Below the pieces are notes generated by a model. The model saw nothing but the letters and a program-made list of their open reading frames with translations, ran no database searches and was not told where the DNA came from. DNA of 63,973 nucleotides, the filler included. It is 12 parts of 12 records of this genome, joined end to end, with 100 filler letters (N's around TTAATTAATTAA, not from the genome) between each part and the next. Parts side by side here need not be neighbours in the genome. Positions count along the whole stretch, not along the records: positions 57,518 to 59,608 come from SRR9188676_3503; positions 59,709 to 63,973 come from SRR9188676_3504; 10 more parts are not named here. The stretch is one strand, 5' to 3'. Below, one piece after another: positions 57,532 to 63,973 of this stretch. The first letter of the stretch is position 1; each line of letters opens with the position of its first letter. The translations under genes and the position numbers were made by a program.

Positions 57532-59379
57532 TTGGACTCCGTTACGCGCACCTCCTCCTCACAGAACAATAGTGCGCGCGCCCGCAGCAGTTTCAACTCC
57601 CTGCTACGGCTCGGGGAGAACCTTGTTGCTGCTTTGGGTCGGGATCTGACCCCTAGGAGTGTCAGAGCCTGGCCTGACCGAGGGTCGGACCTACCTAGTT
57701 CCCGCTCTGGTTCTATTTCCTCGGGTACCTTCCCTGGTATGAACCCAGCTCCAATGGGCACAGGACTCGGAGCTTCAATCGGAACAGGGGTAGGGATGGG
57801 TATAGGTGTAGGTATGGGTACGGGGTCTACAAGTATGGTTTCAGCCTCAGCATCTGGCTCGGGATCGGGAGTTGGACTCGGATCTGGATCTGATTTTCAT
57901 GAGAATCGCACAAGTGTGAATGCAGCAGATACCACGCCGAGACAGAGCTGGTTTAGCAGATTTCTGGACTCTACCACTCTCACACCCAGTTCAGCAAGGA
58001 AAGAGGTTCCTGAGTTCTCGACCATCCCCACCCAGGAGGATGACCCCACTCCCTCTATACCCTCGGGGACCGCTAGCTTCAGTGCACCTACTGCGGCCAT
58101 GGGCTCTTCCTTACCTTCCCCGACTTCCCCTAAAAACTTGATTTTTTCTTCCGGCCAAGGTCGTAGTAAGAGTAAAAATATCAAAAGGGATAGAGATAGC
58201 CAGGGAGAGAAAAATGGGGTCGGGGATGGGGTTAGAGACGGGGATGGAAAGGCAGAAAATGGACCTTCTTTGCTTGATACTTCTCCAGGATCTCTACCAT
58301 CCTCATCCCCCCCACAGCTGACCTCAGACCCAAGTGATATATTGAATGGGTCAGATGCACACACCATCATCATACCGGACACTCTCATCAACAGTCCGCG
58401 AGAACCCACTACCTCCCTCCCTCTCCCTCACCTCCTCTCTCACTCTCTGAAAGCCGCACCTCATACTCCTCATCTGAACTCTCCAGCCGAGGGCGAGGGG
58501 GAGGGCAAAGGGAAGGAAAAGGGAGGAAAAATTGGTACCAGTCCCAGCCCGAGTCCCTCAGAGCCCGCACTGGCTCTCCCCGAGGGTCCGAACCCGTACA
58601 TTCCCCATGCACCATTATCACCCTCATCATCAGTATCAGTACCAGTAACTTCAGTATCAGCAGCACCCTCAGCAGCATTCACATCCACATCCATACCCAC
58701 AACCACAGGCACAAATCAAAAACCATCCCCTACCTCTACCCGACCCTCAGCCTCCAACACTCGTCTGCCGCCACTAAAACCTGAAAGCACTTCACATTCG
58801 CCATTCCCCTCGGATCTCCCCTCGGCTCTGACCTCGGACTCAAACCCGAGGGATCATCCAAACCCATGCAGCGACAGCACCCAACTAGCTCCCAAGAACC
58901 CGAGACCGCCCGCGGGGGGCCGCCCCTCGGGTGTACCTAAACGGAAAAAGATATCCGACGTTCGCGCCGGACTGGATGCAAGTAAAGCCAATTCCAAGCT
59001 AGTTCCAGAGCTTAGTAAATCAAAATCAGACAGCGAATTCCAGAGTTCCCCCTCGCACCCCCCGCAAAACCAGTCAGATGATTCTGGGGATAGCCTGGGC
59101 ACTGGGGCTGGATCTAATGTGCTTGGACCCAACGGGACTGGACTTAATACTGGGGTTGGACCTAGTGGTGCCGGACCTAGTACTGGGGTTGGACCTGTTG
59201 GGGCCGTTGCCGGTGCAGGGCTTGTGCAAAGCATCTCCCCCTACCGCCCTGGCTATGGAGCTCAGGTATGCCTCCATAAACAGGATATGTATCTATCTGC
59301 ACAGAATGCACAGTCTGGAATCTCAGCAAAACAAAAAAAATGGAGGGGAAGAACACGTTCAAAATTGAAAATGAAATAG
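57532..59379 (+). CDS. Large Ser/Pro/Gly-rich disordered exon of an unknown eukaryotic protein
   Basis: 615-codon open frame with no recognisable domain; likely GT donor near 59266. Confidence 0.55.
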   Translation: MDSVTRTSSSQNNSARARSSFNSLLRLGENLVAALGRDLTPRSVRAWPDRGSDLPSSRSGSISSGTFPGMNPAPMGTGLGASIGTGVGMGIGVGMGTGSTSMVSASASGSGSGVGLGSGSDFHENRTSVNAADTTPRQSWFSRFLDSTTLTPSSARKEVPEFSTIPTQEDDPTPSIPSGTASFSAPTAAMGSSLPSPTSPKNLIFSSGQGRSKSKNIKRDRDSQGEKNGVGDGVRDGDGKAENGPSLLDTSPGSLPSSSPPQLTSDPSDILNGSDAHTIIIPDTLINSPREPTTSLPLPHLLSHSLKAAPHTPHLNSPAEGEGEGKGKEKGGKIGTSPSPSPSEPALALPEGPNPYIPHAPLSPSSSVSVPVTSVSAAPSAAFTSTSIPTTTGTNQKPSPTSTRPSASNTRLPPLKPESTSHSPFPSDLPSALTSDSNPRDHPNPCSDSTQLAPKNPRPPAGGRPSGVPKRKKISDVRAGLDASKANSKLVPELSKSKSDSEFQSSPSHPPQNQSDDSGDSLGTGAGSNVLGPNGTGLNTGVGPSGAGPSTGVGPVGAVAGAGLVQSISPYRPGYGAQVCLHKQDMYLSAQNAQSGISAKQKKWRGRTRSKLKMK

Positions 59380-60097
59380 AGAGAATGCATGATACTCCGA
59401 TCCGAAAATTATGAAAGAATGTTTAAGAGGGGATCCTTGATCGGTTTGGAGACCGAAAGCCTCAGTGTGAGGATAGTACAGGATAATATAGGCAGTCTAT
59501 GTCTTGTATATTGTCCGCGAGACCGGGGGGGAAAAGCTGCAAGTCACAGAAAAGAAAGAACAAGGGTGAACGGCTCCGGAAAGAACGAACCCTCCTCGAT
59601 CAACTAGANNNNNNNNNNNNNNNNNNNNNNNNNNNNNNNNNNNNNNNNNNNNTTAATTAATTAANNNNNNNNNNNNNNNNNNNNNNNNNNNNNNNNNNNN
59701 NNNNNNNNGGGGGGTGGGAGTGAGACCTAGCTGCATTGGGGTTGGGTGATTGTGTAGTGCCTGTACCTCGCTGCTGCGCGCATCATTTTCTGGGTTTCTT
59801 CAGGAGTTGCGCACTGCAAGTAGGTGTTCAGGGTTGCACCCAAACGCGCTAGCATCGGGAAGTACAGCTACATGAGTACATAGCAGAGAGACACGCTTTC
59901 AAATGAATACGGAAGTCAATAGTAACTGAATGTTCGAGCGTGCTCATTCTGCTTGGTAGAATCATAGCACAAATTACCCGAATAAAGAAATAAAATTAAA
60001 AAATCCAGAACTCATACGATTCGGACAGCTTTCAGATAGAACAAAAAACAAGTCACATGATAATGCCGTTGATAGGATGTATGGTGTTCAATACGTA

Positions 60098-60928
60098 CAG
60101 CACGGGCAAACCAGGCATCCAGGGCAGCATACATGATCTCTTGCTTATTAAGATGTCGTTTCTCCCACTCATTGATCTGGAGCTCTTTGAAGGCGTCTGG
60201 AAAAGCGAACATCGTGGCGGTTAGTTGCAGGAGAGACAACAAAGCGTGTGGTTAACTGACCGCAGTCAGGAAGGTACAGGCGCACGAGAGTAGACAATGC
60301 TCGCTTTTCAATTCTGAAATCATATTGACGTTAGATGAAGAAAATGGATTGACGAGGATTGTATACGAACAATAGATCTTCTGCCATCTTGTGTAGGTCC
60401 ACCCGTCCAAGACAGTCCAATCCCCAATCAGCTTTGAGACGGCGCGCATCCTCTAAAATACAGTGACCCACCTGTCATAGAACACGATCAGGATCAGAAT
60501 CAAGGGACGCGTTGTGACAGTGACAGCTATGCAGTACTTTGATAATGTTTGTGTCCTTGAGCATTTCTTCAATACTGGGAGGGAGATATGGCTCATCAAG
60601 ATGCATGAGCTGCACTACAAGAACAGATCGTTCGGTGGCAAGTTGTAAAACTGAAGTCAAATCGGCACCACCCCTCATTCGAGGTTGCCACTAAGAAAAC
60701 AAAGTCAGATTCAAACTCAACTTTAGAGGGTCAAATGCAAGAAAATATAATATTTACCTCAATATCAATGCCAATAAACTGTGGACCATCCTTCGTTCGC
60801 TTCAAAACATTCTCTTGCACCCATTCATCCACCACACTCACCCGCTTTGTCACAATCACATCTAGCGAATCAAAGCCAATACTCTGAAGCCATTTTTGGC
60901 AATATATTCCATACCACTGCGTGGACAT
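60098..60928 (-). CDS. 3'-5' exonuclease, DEDDy WRN/EXD2-like, multi-exon (further 3' exons likely)
   Basis: IGIDIE|W ExoI, VLQLAT...LP..I.EML.D.NIIK, ED..RL..DWG, W....L...EIMYAALDAW ExoIII. Confidence 0.85.
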
Positions 60929-61165
60929 GGCTGTACTCTAGCGGAGGAGGCCACACACAGAGACTGACAGTCAGAACAATACCCTTCTTTACTCTCCCCT
61001 GGCAACACAAAAATCACATGACCGGGCGTGGAAACATGTTCGAACTTTCGATTTCGTATTTTTCAGAACGCTGTCCTTAGTAGAAAAACTCGTCCCTCGA
61101 AGTGATCCTTTCACTGCTTGGTCGCAGGTAGCCAGGCCATTTTTCTTGATTTCGCACTATTACCC

Positions 61166-63835
61166 ATGGCTGTATGCTCGATCTGCAAAACTGAAGGGCC
61201 AGATAGCCTTTTTAGCAGCGATGAACTGAAGAAACAGTCGGTGGAACGTCGATGCCTTGCTTGCGAGCAGGAAGCTTGCAAAGAAGGCAAGATCCAGGAC
61301 GGTCCATCTATTACAATTCCTGTGTCCAACGAAACGTACATGAATACATCCTCATCCAGTCCGAAGACCCCCGAATCTGTCGCATCTCCACGACTGAAAT
61401 GGAAGAGTCTAGCAGTCAAGGCTGTTCAACTCCAGAAAGATCCTTGGGAGGAGTTTCATATTCATGAACTGAAAGCAGAACTAGGTGTGAAGCACGAGTA
61501 TGATCCTGATAAAGGAGAATGGCGCCAAGATCAAGTGCTTGTCAAGATGGAGGCAAAACCATTTGCAGCAGGCGCTATGAGAGAGTGTTTCCGAATGAAA
61601 AAACTTTCGAACTTCTCTGCATCTGATTGGAAACATGCTGCAAACTATGTTGCTAAAAGTTATAAAGATCCACAAACTCCACGGTACCTATTCTGATTTG
61701 TCTTTATTTTGTTGCATCGATCATCCCCGAGATTTCAGTGAGGATCGATGAGCTTAGCTTCCTTCTCTGTTTTCCATTTTCTTACAGAGAGACATACTTC
61801 GAGGATGTTCGGTTGCAAATGGAAGCGAAACGATGGGCCGAAGAGTTCAATCGATTGGAGCCCCCGAAGAAAGTCGATATCATCCGCGCTTATCTTTTAG
61901 AGTGAGTTTTCAATTTTCATTTCTCTGACTTGCTATGATGATCTCAGTAGTTTTACATAATTGAATCCAATATTTTCGCAAGGGCAGGACTGAGCTGTGG
62001 GATTCTTCCGATTCGAGAATACTCCACATCAGTTGCGATTTACAAAAGAGTGAATCGTTGAGCTCTGTCTCTTCGTTTGTCGATATCAGGCCCTCTCTCC
62101 TTCCATTCCTCTCGTTCTCGCATCATGGAGGAGATCTTGTTCTGAAGGAACACACCGAATGCATTAGGATAATGAAATGAACGAGATGATTGCGATACAT
62201 ACATATTCACACCACCCATATGAAAAAAAAAAAGATGTTTTGAGAACCATATTTGATCTACAGATGTTTTGCTTTCAAAAGAGAGAAGATGCGATGGTTT
62301 TGGTAATATGAAATGAAAACGAATCAAATAAAATGAAAGGACATGAATAAAATGAAATGAAATGATCGCTAAATAACTTTCATTCTCATTCCTTGATATG
62401 GCAGGCTGCCCGATCGTGAAGGTCAGCCCGTGTTCGCAGTAGAGCATCTCATCGAGGGCGAGTACCAGAAATACAACTCCAATTCCGGGTTTGTCGACCC
62501 GCACCTGCGCTACACGCCGCACACATTCTCGCACTTCACATTCGAGAAGTCCGGGCACCAGCTCATCGTGGTGGATGTGCAGGGCGTGGGTGACCTCTAC
62601 ACTGACCCTCAGATTCACACAGCCGATGGCCATGGTTATGGGAATGGCAACCTCGGCCCCACCGGCCTTGCACTCTTCTTTGTGACACACAAGTGCGTCT
62701 TCATACTGCTAATGAATATCCCGAACCTCCTGATCCATATCCTATATTCTCTTTCAAAAAACAACAGCAAAAAAATACAGATCCAATTCATTCATCTCAC
62801 ATACCCTGACCCTAAATTCTCATGGCCGCCTCTCTATCATCACTAAGATTCTTCCCTGATTTCTACCCCGAATAAAATATTTCTTAATGCCTCGTGTTCT
62901 ATTTTGTAGATGCTCTCCTCTGTGCGTGAAGCTAGGCCTGAAACCATTCCAGCTTGCACCTAGCATTGAGAGCCACCAACCTCAGTTCGTGCATCATGAG
63001 GTGCGTATTCATTGATATGATCTACCTAGGATCTGAATTTTATGTTCACCCTCACCATTTGTGATTGCTTATTTGTCTCAGTTCGTGCATGATGAGGGAC
63101 TATTCATTGATATCGGTTGTAGTCATTATGAGCTTACTTTATTGATTGATATGATCTGCCTAGAATCTGTATCTTCTGTTCACCCTCACCTTTTGTGATT
63201 GTTGCTTGCTTATCTGTCCTTATCAGCCTCATTGCATATCACCCAACGTGTATTACCTTGATGGTATTGGACAGTTTTCCCATTATGAGCTTATTTATTC
63301 GTCATGTGGGATGTGGGGATATAATGCCATAATCTCGGTAATTATCAGCTTATTTTATCTATTTATCACGTTACATCCCGGTTTGCCACATTGCAATGCA
63401 GCTTCGAGCGCTGATGCATTTTTTTTTTTAAAAAAAAAAAATTTGGGGGGTAATTATGAGCTGATTTTATTTATTTGTCCTTACATTCCGACTGGCCACA
63501 TTGCAATGCAGGTTCGAGCGCTTGGGCCGATGCTGTCAGCAGCCAAGACAGTGATCCGCAAGACAGTGCAGAAGAGCGGGGGGATGGCATCGCGAGGAGG
63601 CGACAAGTCAGTGCATGCTATCCCCGAGGATGACACGCATGATGAGCACGGACATGACCATGACCATGACCATGCACATCCCCGTGCGTTGTCTCTTCAT
63701 TATCACCATTATCACTACCATCATCATCAATCAGCATCATCACATTATCATTTATCGATTTCTAGAGCCAGTGATACTGCGGTTGGGGATCAGACTTCTC
63801 CAGGAAAAAAAAGCTGTTCGATATCGCGGCGATAG
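61166..63835 (+). CDS. EEF2K: Eukaryotic elongation factor 2 kinase (alpha-kinase) with N-terminal Zn ribbon; 3' structure uncertain
   Basis: LKWKSLAVKAVQLQKDPWEEFHI...VLVKMEAKPFAAGAMRECFRMKKLSNF..DWKHAANYVAKSY | YFEDVRLQMEAKRWAEEFN | EHLIEGEYQKYNSNSGF..RYTPHTFSHFTFE.SGHQLIVVDVQGVGDLYTDPQIH..GNLG...FF.THKC. Confidence 0.9.
62981..63523 (+). repeat. Degenerate tandem duplications within an eEF2K intron, including copies of both exon edges
   Basis: CTCAGTTCGTGCAT.ATGAG at about 62981 and 63077; TTGATATGATCT.CCTAG...TGTTCACCCTCACC.TTTGTGATTG twice; CCACATTGCAATGCAG.TTCGAGCGCT at about 63387 and 63497. Confidence 0.7.
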
Positions 63836-63973
63836 AGAGTACAGTGTCCTTAGGCGAAGAAGAGAGCTATCCTTGTCCATTAATCCTATTTTAAATTGAC
63901 GACATAAAGACGGAGAGGACGGACATACGGACGGACGGACGATCAAAAGAGAAATAGAGAGTCAAAATTCACT

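Noticed and set aside
63630..63750. His-rich metal-binding peptide
   Set aside because: The HDHDHD part is a low-complexity linker of eEF2K, and the following CAT/CAC run is probably intronic microsatellite-like sequence after a GT donor near 63684.

Overview
This window is not one locus. It is 12 unlinked contig pieces joined by 11 artificial 100-nt spacers (N44-TTAATTAATTAA-N44). Ten pieces come from an intron-rich microbial eukaryote with GT-AG introns, a standard genetic code and tightly packed head-to-head genes. After manual splicing they encode RSL1D1/Utp30, a PARP6/8-like ADP-ribosyltransferase, eIF3j, an acyl-CoA-binding-domain protein, TFIIA-gamma, a C6H2 zinc-finger protein, an AVT3/SLC36-type amino-acid transporter, HMG-CoA synthase, an FHA+ADD protein, a multi-IQ protein, ADAT2, a mitochondrial carrier, a WRN-type exonuclease and eEF2 kinase. 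Two AT-rich, intron-less pieces (14879-25272 and 29098-47361) are from a Bacteroidota bacterium. They carry L,D-transpeptidases, a YdcF-hypothetical-SusC-SusD locus, iorB-iorA-iorB molybdoenzyme genes, AraC/esterase/aldo-keto reductase, a hybrid two-component system, DsbD, a TIM-barrel isomerase and an AbiEi/AbiEii-like type IV toxin-antitoxin pair. The most notable item is on a eukaryotic piece: a phage-type DNA N6-adenine methyltransferase (NPPY) fused through a 103-nt spliceosomal intron to a ParB-like HTH domain, next to a disrupted zinc-finger gene. Other unusual domain fusions are FHA+ATRX-type ADD and a Stc1-like Zn ribbon on eEF2K. All family calls come from motif recognition by eye; no searches were run.
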